Positions 11,721 to 26,375 of a DNA stretch of 64,000 nt are shown piece by piece. The DNA comes from Auanema rhodensis (Eukaryota > Animalia > Nematoda). The stretch spans positions 8,928,001-8,992,000 of the forward strand of contig OZ059898.1 of the NCBI GenBank assembly GCA_964057225.1. The letters run 5' to 3'. Below the pieces are notes generated by a model. It was not told the origin of the DNA. It ran no database searches and saw only the letters and a list, made by a program, of their open reading frames with translations. Every line of letters starts with the position of its first letter. Position 1 is the first letter of the stretch. The position numbers and the translations under genes are program-made.

Positions 11721-12826
11721 CTAAAGCACGATTAGTAAAAAAACTAGGAAAAATAATATTATGCTCAGAATTATGATTAGTTTCCATTGTTTTTTATCTG
11801 AAAATAGTACAGTTTCAAAAAAATAAGAAAAGCAAAGTATATTACCGTCATCTAAATGAGCCAGCTTGGCAATTTTCTTCATGACTCCATCCAATTTTGT
11901 GTCAACACGGTCCATATCATGTCCAAGATCATCTAGCATTCTGAGAAGAATGAAATTTTAGTTTCATATATATTGTTTTTTGGATTACATGGCTTGCTGA
12001 TCTATTTCATCTCCAATACGATAACTCATATTCTTCAATGTCCTCACAGACTGACCTACTAATTCTAAATCCTCGTCTTGATCTCTCAGAATCTGCTGAA
12101 ACCGAAAAAAAATTTAAAATTAAAAAAACATTACGAACTTGTTGTTTAAGTAGAATATTTTCAAAGCGTCCTTCATTACCGTTTGAGGATGAGGCTTCAT
12201 CTTCCAAATCTTGATCGTTAAGAAGTGAATACTTGTACGTGCCTGACCCTGATGCCATTGCAGTAACTGAATGAATCTAAAGAATTTTAATTAGAAAACA
12301 TTGCTGCATTATATTGAATATCTATACCTTAACCTTATCAGAAGAAGGTAGAGGAATTCCTAGCACATTCAATCTAATATCGTCCGCAAATTCCTTAGCT
12401 GACAATAATAGATTTGATCGGATAGATTTGTCTTCAGAGGACAAATGAAATTTTGTAGGATCGAGAGATAATATAGAAAGAGTATGTCTAAAATACATAC
12501 GAGTATTAAAAAAAAGATGCAGTTCATACTGGTAATCGTCTACAGCCCAATAAAGTGCCCTAACTGATTTTTTCAATTCAGATTCAATCCACTGGCGTTC
12601 CTGCCGATTTAAACCTAAAAAAAGCAGTGTTATAATCAGCCAGAAAGAATTCAAAACCTGGTAGACTAAGTCTTTCAGAAAGACGAGTAGAGTTAGCTAG
12701 GCACTTTTCTAACTCCCTGAAACAAAACAAATAGAAAAATAGAAAGCATGGTTTGATAAATTCTGAATTAGTCGTCACATACTCTTGAATATCAGCAGTA
12801 GGGTCAACATAACGTCGGCCTCCCAT
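11721..12826 (-). CDS. syx-6: Syntaxin-6 (Habc + Qc-SNARE + C-terminal TM)
   Basis: The N-terminal exons (DPTADIQEELEK...WIESELKKSVRALYWAVDDYQHTLSILSLDPTKFHLSSEDKSIR) match the STX6 Habc domain. They splice in frame (…SDKVK|IHSVTAMASGSG) to the SNARE motif (DQDEDLELVGQSVRTLKNMSYRIGDEIDQQAIMLDDLGHDMDRVDTKLDGVMKKIAKLAH) and a TM tail. Confidence 0.92.
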
Positions 12827-13964
12827 GTATATTCTATATGAATTCTTTCAACGATAAAAGAATATCTTAATATTACGGAAACTCGAAAAAGCCATAACTA
12901 TGTAAGACAGGGAGAGCAAAAGTTGATGACTTAGAAATATAATTAGATTCTATACATAAGAAATCTATAATTAAACGAGAATGTTCAAATGTTCTGCCAT
13001 CAGCCTCAAAATAAGGAATCGTGAACAAAAAATACTTGTGGGTAAGTCAAGTAGAGAAAGTAAGCTCTCAAACGCACTAGATGCTTTTTTCAATCAGAAG
13101 CTCGTACATCCTATAATAGAGATAGGGGGGCGAATAAATGAGGTCTTTTATATGAAGCACAAGCTGCAAACTTGGACCAAACTAACGAGGAAAAAGGAAG
13201 CGGTCGCATTATATGTCTTCTAATTTGTTTAATCTTCAAGGCATGCTTTGAAAGTATAAAAAGCGTTCTGAGTTAAGCGACTTCTTAGAATACTAAGCAT
13301 ATGAGCATATACATTAAAACAAAAAGTTATGAATTGAATCCTATTTACTTTGTTTCATCTCAAACTCCGCAAATTGTCAGTTATATGACATGCAATGTCA
13401 CAGGATTAAATCAGAATAAAGCTCATGGGAAGCCGAACAGACCGGACTTTAATAAGAGCTGTAGTACTTATTCAATATTGTTTATCTCAGAATTTAGAGT
13501 GAACCACTTGAATTGAATAAAACACAACTTACTCAAACTATGGGATTCTGCTTCTAAAGTTGGCCAGCCACAATATTAATGCCTACAAGATAAATTTTTA
13601 AATAGGAAATGAAATCAATAATTTATAGAAAAAAAGAAGATTCCATCAATGATTATTAGTCGCCTTTAAATTAAAAAAAAATGATGAAACGAAGTCTATA
13701 TTAGTTCAGGCCCGGTATTAAACGATAAGGTTAATATTTATGTACGCAATTACGTATGCTTTACGTTTGTGTTTGTCGTCTTTTTTTAAGCCGTTAACAT
13801 CAGAAGAGTTTTGTTAAATTATTATTTCACGTGAATAATATTGTTAAAATGTAAAATCATTAAACATGTTTATTTCAAAATGACAATATACATTAATGTA
13901 AAATATATTTATAGTACAATACATCACCTAATATTAATTCTGATCGTTGTATATTTACAAATAT

Positions 13965-16900
13965 TTACAATTTACTTCTCTCACCTGCCATCATAGGTTT
14001 CAAATATCTGTCGAAGTTTGGATTCGTCTGAAACAAGCAAATTGGAATTTTGAAGCATTTATTTGTACTTACACCACGATTGTAATCATTAAGAGGACTC
14101 ATCTGCGCCCATTTGTATAAATTCTCATAAACATTTCCGTCTCTTCGTCCCAGAACCTAAAATGATGAATAGTTTCAAATATTTGAACTCAGGTCAGGCT
14201 TACAGATCTCAATGATCGATCATTCAATTCAAATCCATCAATTACTGATACAGCATTAGGTCTGAAAACGGCATACAGTGCGTATAAAGTCTCTTTCATA
14301 TGCTTTAATTGATCCTGTGTCATATAGTGGTTCTAAAATATAAAGTGGATTGCGTATCTTTTGAAAAAAAACCTACAGCAAAAAGATGGTTAGATTGTTG
14401 TATAAGTTCATAATTCAAATAAATTTTGAATAAAACATTAAGTACATCGTACGTATGCTTGTCCATGACAGAATCTAAAGTTTTCTTGAACGTATGAGCT
14501 AAGAATACGAATGCATGTGCGCGGGATGCCTAGAATTAAGCTAGTTTTATCAGAAGTGTTTTTGAAACCCACTTTGCACAATTCAATTCCATTGGCATTC
14601 CAGGCTTCTTCTTCGGACAGTCCAGATTTAAGTAATCTTTCGAGACGATCATACGCATCGAATATTTTTGTTCGGGCAATATATTCGAAATCAGCAAGAT
14701 AATGAGAGCAATCTGAACAAATAAATATAACCTTATAAAATAACATTGTGAATATTTACCGCCTTCTGGAACACGATCAACGAGAGAATGATTATTCGTT
14801 TTTTTGATATAAGCCATGAGTGATCCTATTTTCTTTCCTTCTCTGGCATCTTTCGCAGATCTCATTAAAGATCTGAAAAAAAAATTATTTACTTATTAAA
14901 ACGTATAGAATAATATAACCTTGCTGTTTGTAATAGCATTACAATGTTTTCACCTTCATATGTACATGCTCCAGCTTCACATGCTAAAATATTAAATTAT
15001 ATTTTTCCAAATCTAGTAGAGATATACCATATAATGTAGGAAGATTACTAGCGTCAGAATAACCGTGTCCTCCACAAGCCATTCTACATTGTTCTATACC
15101 TTCAGTAGTTTGGAATGTAGCTACAGATTTTAGGCAGCACGATAAACCATGCAAAGCAGCCAGAGCTTCAACCTAATAATTTTTTTATAATAAAGAGGAC
15201 ATTTACGAATGAATTACTTCTCCTTTCTTAACATCATCTAAGACTTCGGTGGTCATGTTTCTTATTTCAAGACCAGCAAAATGGAAAGCCAGGGCTTTAG
15301 CAATTTGAGGAAATAGACGATGCTGTTGAGTTTGGTAGTCAAGAATTCTAACTTCTCCTGCTCTAAACTCATGACATAAGGAAATATTCATATTACTGTT
15401 AGGTAAACCCTGGTGTGATCTCTCCTTGTCTTCTAATACATCCGTAACGTACAGCAATAGAGAGTGCAGACATTAAGTGAATAGCTGCATGAGATAATAT
15501 TTCAGATCGAACGTAAACCATAGTTGTGTATCCAATTTTGGCATGGCTTGGCTTAATATATGTACCATCAGCTTCAACCTGCAAAAAAGTAAAGCATTAA
15601 ATAGTTTTTTTCTAATAACAACAACTATATTTTACATAATTAAAAATTCACTAAATGTAAACTTTCTTAAAAATTAGAAGCACCTTTGCGTGTCTCATAA
15701 GCATGTTACGTCTAGGGATTCTGAAATTGTCAAAGCCCAAATATCCATTGTCTATTCCTTTAACTCCCATTTTTGAGCCGATATCTCCAATTCGTACTCC
15801 TACAAATTGATTTATGTTTGTTGAATTTACCATTAAAATTAAAACCTGGGAGCGGTTGATGATTATTGGTGTTACGAATTTGAACAAAAAAGTTATGGGC
15901 TCCATAATTCTGACCATCAATTATCAAGTTAGCGACAAGCACAACATGGTTGCAAGTGGTTCCAAGACCACCAGGCCACCTGTAGCAGCATTATATGAAT
16001 AGATTGAAAAATTTTCAATCTTACCATTTCAATGATGTGGTTGTTGGACTCAATAGTACGAACTCTTCAGTAGATTTGTCATAGGTTGCTTGAGTTTCAA
16101 TCTTCTTCAAATTTGTCCCTACAAAATATAATCCAAATTATCATTTAATCTCTAATTTTGATCTTTTTATCATTTTTTCCAATATTATAGCCACGTTTTC
16201 ACTCATTTTCGAGCTGACTGTAGAATTGCTCCTGATTAAACCATCTGATAACAATTGAAAACAAAAAAAATTAAAATTAAATTATTTGAAAAATGCAGAA
16301 CTACAATGATGTTGTGTGAATCAAAGTATGTTATATAAATTTAAAAAAGTTGAATTAATTAGTTTACCGTGTCCCATTTCTGTCTGCGCATATGTTCCAA
16401 GGATTTCTCCTTTCAAAGCTTTCCATAGCCACCATTCAACTTGCTCTTCATCAGCTTGATTCTGAATGGTTGGAACAAACATCAGATTATGAAGAGCAAG
16501 AGGAAATCCTTCAACTCCCATGACATCTCTGAGTTAACAATGTATATAATTGTAGATTGAAAAAGACTCACTTTGTAACATGCAAAACTTCAAAAGCGTT
16601 CATAGGATCAACGAATTCAGGAAGTTTTTGGAAAAGCTCTCGCATCTATTATAATTAGTGTTCAAATAAATAAATAATGCAAAAAGTTACCTTTCTGGTT
16701 TGCTCAGCAACTTTTTCAACTCTATCAAGATGTCCCATATGTGCGGAATCATGGAGTTCGGGGCGTTTACTAATTTCATCAGAAATTTCCCGAAGGCGTT
16801 CAAGCGTCTTTAAATTAACAACAATAACATGATAGAAAGTTGAAGGAATGAAATAAATTTGTAAAAAATTTATATACCTGTTTTCCCCCATGAAGAACAG

Positions 16901-16991
16901 CAGCTAACTCATCTGTATCAAAGGTGGCACGAAGCCGTTCGGCAGTCAAATCTTCGTTGTCACCGCTTGCAATCTTTTTGTTTAATGGCAT
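13965..16991 (-). CDS. Peroxisomal acyl-CoA oxidase, ACOX-1 family
   Basis: [106 protein letters not shown] and [25 protein letters not shown]-terminal PTS1 SKL-TAA; ttttcag acceptor 1 nt before the ATG. Confidence 0.95.
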
Positions 16992-17129
16992 ACTGAAAAT
17001 ATTACTGTAAAAATTAGAGAAGTAATAAAAAAGAAAACACGATTAACATGACATAAATTTTCTTTTATGAGCTACTGCTCAAAGAAGCACTTTTACATAT
17101 AATTTTCTCAACCGGAGACGGATATCCCG

Positions 17130-17360
17130 CCCCTAAAATGATAAGGAACGAAAAGTAAAAGACTGTTGTACGTCACCAGTAAACTTCAATTTTTCCTTAA
17201 GGTTCACGATAAGAGGCAATAAGTTAGCAAGACAAAGAAGATAAAAAGACAAAATGCATGAGGAGAAAAGAACTATTTAGAAAAGTAAGATGGTTGAGAA
17301 AGATGAAATATCAAGAGGAACAGAAATCAAGTCAAAAGAAAGGATTAAATGATAAGGGTA
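17130..17360. promoter_or_regulatory. GATA-site cluster upstream of the acyl-CoA oxidase
   Basis: TGATAAG at 17139 and 17350, plus CGATAAG and AGATAA between them. This pattern is typical of ELT-type intestinal/epidermal promoters. Confidence 0.45.
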
Positions 17361-17607
17361 GAGTCTGTATCAGTTAATTTTCCAAAAATTGAATTCTTAT
17401 TTTAGCATTAACGCTCTTTGATCTTATCTTGATGTTGCTTTGAAAAAAATATACAATTGTTTTTTTTTTAATGTTTTTTTAAAAAATATAGTTCACAATG
17501 AATTTTCCTGAATGTCCGAACCTATAGATTGCGGATTTTGATTAGTTTTCATGATATTCATTTAATCAATTAATCATTATGTTTTATCTTGAAATGAAAA
17601 CAAAGTT

Positions 17608-17760
17608 CCGTTTTTGCCAATGTGACCGACACAAGCATGAAGTAACTACAACAGAGCCCGGAACGTAGCTACATCAAAGTCGGGAATCAAATATGAATTA
17701 TCCGTACTGATGATGAGAAGGCAAGCAATGATTACAATTACTATATTTAGTCATAGTACA
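17608..17760 (-). ncRNA. Candidate H/ACA-like double-hairpin RNA
   Basis: GC-richer island folding on the minus strand into two hairpins. The 3' one (CCGAC/GUCGG lower stem, internal pocket, GAUGUAGCUACG/UGUAGUUACUUC upper stem) is followed by ACA 15 nt after the upper stem. No canonical ANANNA H box on this strand. Confidence 0.3.
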
Positions 17761-19032
17761 ATATATCTTATCTCTAGTAATGTTAATTCTTCAGTATATG
17801 TTGATTTATAATTAAATTTTTTTCTTGAACATTATTTTTCACATCTTCAATTTCAAATATAAATGCAACATTTTATATTTCTGACTTATAAAATCTAAAA
17901 AAAAGAATTGATATTATTATATAAAAAAAAATAAAAACTAAAAACTCTTTATCTATTTATCTATTATTGAACATTGTTGCATTCTTTGCAAATTTTATCT
18001 CGTTCAGCTCTGATATTCTCATGCCAAAAAGTAAATTTAGAACCCTTTTCGCCTTTTGGTCTATTTAAAATTCACAGATAGAACATCAAAAAGTTTTTTT
18101 CTAGAATAAGTTAAATGCTAATTTACCAAATGTCTAATTATATTACCTTTTTCAAATAAATCCGACTAACAAATGCCGTCTCAAGTAAAAATTTAACTGT
18201 CACATTCTTCCTATCCCTTTATATAGGTTTACTACTTTTATTTAAATAGCCAAGCGAGGAACTCAAAGGTGATTCATTGCAAGGTAATTAATCGGAGATT
18301 TCTAAGAACTTTCATACCTAAACGACCTTACACAACATAACAGATGCATGATACTTAGTGACCCGAATACTGTCAAACATGAGGATAATCAAAGAACAGT
18401 GATAAGCATCGAAGAGGTCATAAGGATCCACACAAACCAACACCTAAGTGACATAAAGTATCACTTTAAAGAATATAAGATTTAACAGATATAGAAACAA
18501 CCATTTATTATATGTGGAATGAGACAAAATAAAAATTAATCGCTATATCCATCTAAAAATTTCGACGCGGCTAGTTATAACTGTGCAAAAATACTTCCCG
18601 AATAATCATAATTACAAAGTAACAAACTTTGAGATCATAAAGTGTCAAAGTATCTTCTCTAACGATATGGACGGCTAAGTGAAAGACGGAACCGTGTCCA
18701 ACTCGTATAATTGGGAGCTTTCGGGTCATGGGAGAAGTGAAGTTCCCGAATGGGATATGGTCACCGGTTCGGCTTCTAGTATAAGCTTTCTAGATATCTC
18801 AAAAGTCTATACGCTACATAGTTGCCTTGTTTTCACATAGATACTGGACGAATACTGAACTAAGGAATAACGAAGAGAAGGGTCTAAAAGCAAGCACTTT
18901 AAAAGAATGTGCTAAATTAAAACTATTATAAAAAATACAATAAACGATAATATGCGCATGGTATAGGGTTGACACCGGGGGCCAACAAGACTAGCTAACC
19001 CAACATAATGAGATATCCGGAAATATATTTGT

Positions 19033-21816
19033 CTACAAAGTGTTGCCCATGTCAGACCAATCACCTCCACAGAAAAGGTCTGGTAAAGCTACATCAGAAG
19101 GTGGGTATTGATATGGATCTTCCTTCAAATAATTTAAATTTTTAACATATGTACGTATAAGTAAAATGAATACCTCGGTTAGCTCAGGTTCCAAAGACAG
19201 AAATGAACCTGGAGGAGCATCCAAATCACCAAACGATGGAGCGGATAAAAAGGCCGAAGGGTCAGCGAGCATCTAAAGATAAAATTGCAGAAAGAGTATA
19301 TCATGAACAAAATACTTTCAAAGGGCTCATGAACACTCCAGGACTTTGAAGATGAGTAAGATATTTTCCAGGAGTTACAAGATCACTAGTGCTATTTTGC
19401 ATTGATGTTGATGGTACAACTACTTCATCCTGAATAAACGCTCCTGTTCAATAATTTTAATAGAGCAAATTTTACTTGGCTAGTTTGTGATGGTGGTGGA
19501 TGTGGTCCATGATGCATTGAATTACTAGCCACACCGGCTTCTTTCGTAGCTTCAGGAGTTACACCTTCGGATTTAATTGGAAGATTTCCATCATGCGAAG
19601 ATACTGGAAAGATGCCTGTAATAAATAAACTTATAGTATTGCTTCCTTGTTAAATCGATAAAACATTAAATCATTTATCTTAAATACCCCACCTTGTTCA
19701 GTTGCAATAGTATTGCCGTGAACTTGGCTGCATACCGTGGAGTCCGAAGGACATAACAATGCTTGCAAAACCTGATTCATATCGTTCTTGATCATAAGCT
19801 GGAATTTTCCAGTGGCGACAGGATCAGACACCTGGAATAGCATTATAATAAAAATAAAATTTCGCCAAGAAGCACCTCAATGTATGAATATGATTCCTGA
19901 GGAGCTTTTATAGCAATCAGAGTCTGATGAACAAATTGAGGAACAGAACGAAGGTCAGAGAATCGGACGTAACTGGAAATAAAATTATAAAGATCTCTAG
20001 AAAAATATGTAAAACCTATAAGGCTTATCAGTTGGATCCTCTTTGGCTAACTTCAAAGCAGCAGATAAATCGTGAATTAATCCATCTAATCGATCCTCTT
20101 CCCTTTGTAGCTCAATACAATCATTCCAAATAGCTTTCATTTCGCTCTCATCGCAATCAGGTGTCCTAGATAATAGTTTTGCATTACTAATAACCCATTC
20201 TAAAAGTACTCACTTCCATCTAATACTATTCTTACCAACTTTCTCAACTAAATCAATTCCTTCCAAAACGTTAGTAATATCATATAAACGTCGTTTCGGA
20301 ACCAATAGTTGCTGAGCAGCATCATTCAAATTTAAAACCTAAAAATGTTTTTCAAATAGGTGAATATTCTTGTTAATACATACCTCGTACTGATCCTTAA
20401 GTGATAAGAATTTCTTAGTAGTCATCAACAGAGAATTATCCATTCTAGATCCCCCATGTGTAACTGAATTCAAAACATAAAACACTGTTGAAACAATATG
20501 ATTCATTCATACCATAGGGAACAGCAAAATCTACATTTTGCTGTCCATATTTTCTCTTGCGAGTAGGGTTATTAATGTTATTTATTATCTTATTAGTTTT
20601 AGATTCGACATTCTTGACTTGGTTAGGATTATTTAGGGGCCAAAAGTATTGGTCAAGTTCTTGTTTAATATCTTTAGAGTCAAGAGCAGTTTTAATATAT
20701 GGTTGTAAAGCATCAAATAAAGATATGTCAGATGGACAAACAAGGGACATTAGGGGAAGTCTAATTATATTCAAAAAATGAAAGCCTTCTTCGGAAAATA
20801 TTCAATGGCAATACACTTGTGATTAATAGTTATGAACAGTAAAAATTAAGCACTGCTTGGGAGTATAGCCAGAGGATAAGATAGAAGAGACACCTGCTCG
20901 TTAATACAATTGGCCTGTCACTGAGATACAGAACTAGATAAGGTCAAGAAGAAAAATATTTTTTTGAACGCAAAATTTTTTGTTTTGTTTTGGATAATAT
21001 GATTAATCAATAAGGGGAGGAGCGAGATATTGACTACAGTTTTTTTCAAAATAATAAGTAACAAACCTGTTGTCTCAGTAAAAGATGATTGGTTAACAGC
21101 ACTTCCGGGAGCTTTTCTTTTACCAGCGCGTACTAAAAATGTTATGTATATTTATGATTTTGCATTGTGTTTCTTAGAGTCCATTATTTATCTAATGTTT
21201 TTCCTTTATAATACCTTTTGGTTTTGTATCTTGAGCAGGATACATATTCAAAAGAAAATTTTCTGAAGAATTATTTGATCCCATACTAAGCATATTGTCC
21301 ACAACCTGACCATGGGATGATAAACCCTCTAAATCCAATTTTCGTCTAGCCTGAAATGCCTAGCATAAAGTATTCGAAAGGAATAGAAAACTAACCTTAT
21401 CAGCTTTTGAATTATTGTTACGATAATACATAGCAGGAGCACTGACTGGGGTTTCATTCAAAAGTCTCCATGACTGAATATCATCAGGGGTGCAACTATA
21501 ACTGTTTCATCAATTTCGTTTTCTACCATTTTAAGATATTCTTACACTTCACTTTTGGGAACTGCTAAGCCTAGTGGCATATTAGCGATTTCTGGACTTT
21601 TGGCACATTGCTGACTTGGAATTGAAGCCAATTGAATTTGACTCTATAATGTTTTAAATATTTAACGAGAAAAACAACGTTATGTTTTCAAATATTAAAA
21701 ATTAACTTATGAAAGAATGACAAACGAACTTCGTAATATTTACTGATTGGAAGTTGTCTTACCGGATCGCCGTAATTGTATGCATCTCCGTAATACTGGT
21801 ATCCTTGTGATTCCAT
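19033..21816 (-). CDS. efl-2: E2F transcription factor, efl-2-like
   Basis: DNA-binding domain [64 protein letters not shown], closer to EFL-2 than EFL-1 as I recall them. Also a dimerisation/marked box (AYVTSDSLT...[10 protein letters not shown]), N-terminal ARRKLDL and C-terminal FLSLEP...PYQY...LPDLF. Confidence 0.85.
20513..20760 (-). CDS. Alternative first coding exon of the E2F gene
   Basis: Acceptor AG 10 nt before the ATG at 20750; open frame MSLVCPSD...[18 protein letters not shown]; phase-1 GTATGA donor joins the DNA-binding exon at 20463 in frame. Read as a cassette from the upstream phase-1 donor it gives an immediate stop (GAC TTC CCC TAA). Confidence 0.65.
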
Positions 21817-21907
21817 GAATCAAGCTCAAGCTATCTATTTATTATCTGAAAAATTTGATAAAACTTTTAGCGTGAAAATTATTTTAAAAAAAGCTAAAAT
21901 TCTCTAT

Positions 21908-21957
21908 GCGCGAAATCATGGTTTTACAATTCCAAACGAAGATTCTTCCCGCCAAAA
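21908..21957. promoter_or_regulatory. E2F/DP binding sites in the E2F gene promoter
   Basis: GCGCGAAA (21908-21915) and TTCCCGCCAAAA (21946-21957) lie 90-140 bp upstream of the ATG in AT-rich surroundings. Confidence 0.65.
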
Positions 21958-22605
21958 ACTATCCAATTGCAGCTCCGCCTATTGCGTATACACTTCTATA
22001 CACTCAGCGTATGGCAATACGCCAAATTTAAGATATTTAAAATTTTAATATATTTATTATTTTTAATCCAATTTTTTTAGTAAAATGATTAATCAAGTTT
22101 ATAATAGAAATTAGAAACCAAATTCCATAGCAGATTTATGTAATTAGATTAGAATATGAAAAATGAGATTTTAATTAATTGAAAAAGAACATGATTAATT
22201 TAAATCATGGTATTTAGAAGTGCAGTATTAGTGTTATTTTTTAGAATATTAGTAAAAATACTAGGACGTTGTATTAAATTGTTAGTATTGGTTTTAAAAA
22301 GAAACTAAACAGTTTAATAGATTGGGGTTGCATGGGGTTCAAGTTACAATTTTAAATATTTAAGGAAAATAAAAAATCTGTCCATTGAATAAAAGGTGCA
22401 GAAAATTCAAAAACTTACTTGATCCGAGTAACTCTTCATCTTGAAGATAATATGAAGGTTGCTTAATTCCCAAAGCTCTTCGCGCTTATTTGACTGAGCT
22501 AATTTACACATATTACAATAGTGTCCTAAAATGGCAATAGCTTTTATCGAATCTGATGAACTAATAGAGCCATGAACATTCCTTGATATAAGTAAGCGCT
22601 GTATC

Positions 22606-22657
22606 TTTCCCGCCTCAGTACTGTCCCGCGCCCGCCACAATTTGAAGCACGCGCCAA
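22606..22657. promoter_or_regulatory. E2F site and CDE/CHR-like element upstream of gfm-1
   Basis: TTTCCCGC (22606-22613); CCCGCC-acaa-TTTGAA (22631-22646) with the 4-nt CDE-CHR spacer; CGCGCC just downstream. Confidence 0.55.
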
Positions 22658-22802
22658 TTAATGAGATGCATATATATTTTAATGTTTTAATAATAAATTA
22701 GTTAAATTAATTAGTGATATTATATCAATCTGATAAAGCAGATTGAGTGGGATATGAATGAATCATTTATTTTTTCAGGTTTGTACCCTCGCTTGAGGTA
22801 AA

Positions 22803-25965
<3,163 letters not shown>

Positions 25966-26375
25966 ATTAGATTTTAATTTATAGTTTTTATATTCGTATA
26001 TTTCATATTATTAGTTTGTCATTTTTTAGATACTCAAAGTAGAAATTTAGAAATCTTATAGATGTCATGAATATTAGATGCTCATAGGTTTTGTTATTGT
26101 TATTGAAAATTCATTGTTATAATTTCTGTTACTAATTCAATGAACTTTTTCTTATCGTTGTCTATTTCAGTTTACCCTAGTATGGATGAGTTAAAACCAA
26201 AACTCATAGATTTTCACCGCGACAACTGATTAAAAACTGGAAATTAATTATGATAACGGATAAAATGAAGGTTATGTTAACAGAAGGCCTACATTCAAGA
26301 AGTATATAAGCCGAGTTGTTAACAGCTATATTCAGAGCGTTCATCGCCTCAAGAATTTATTTCTCTTGAGCAAAT

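Noticed and set aside
12322-12826. Separate gene for the syntaxin-6 Habc domain (split gene)
   Set aside because: A normal GT-AG intron joins it in frame to the SNARE exons.
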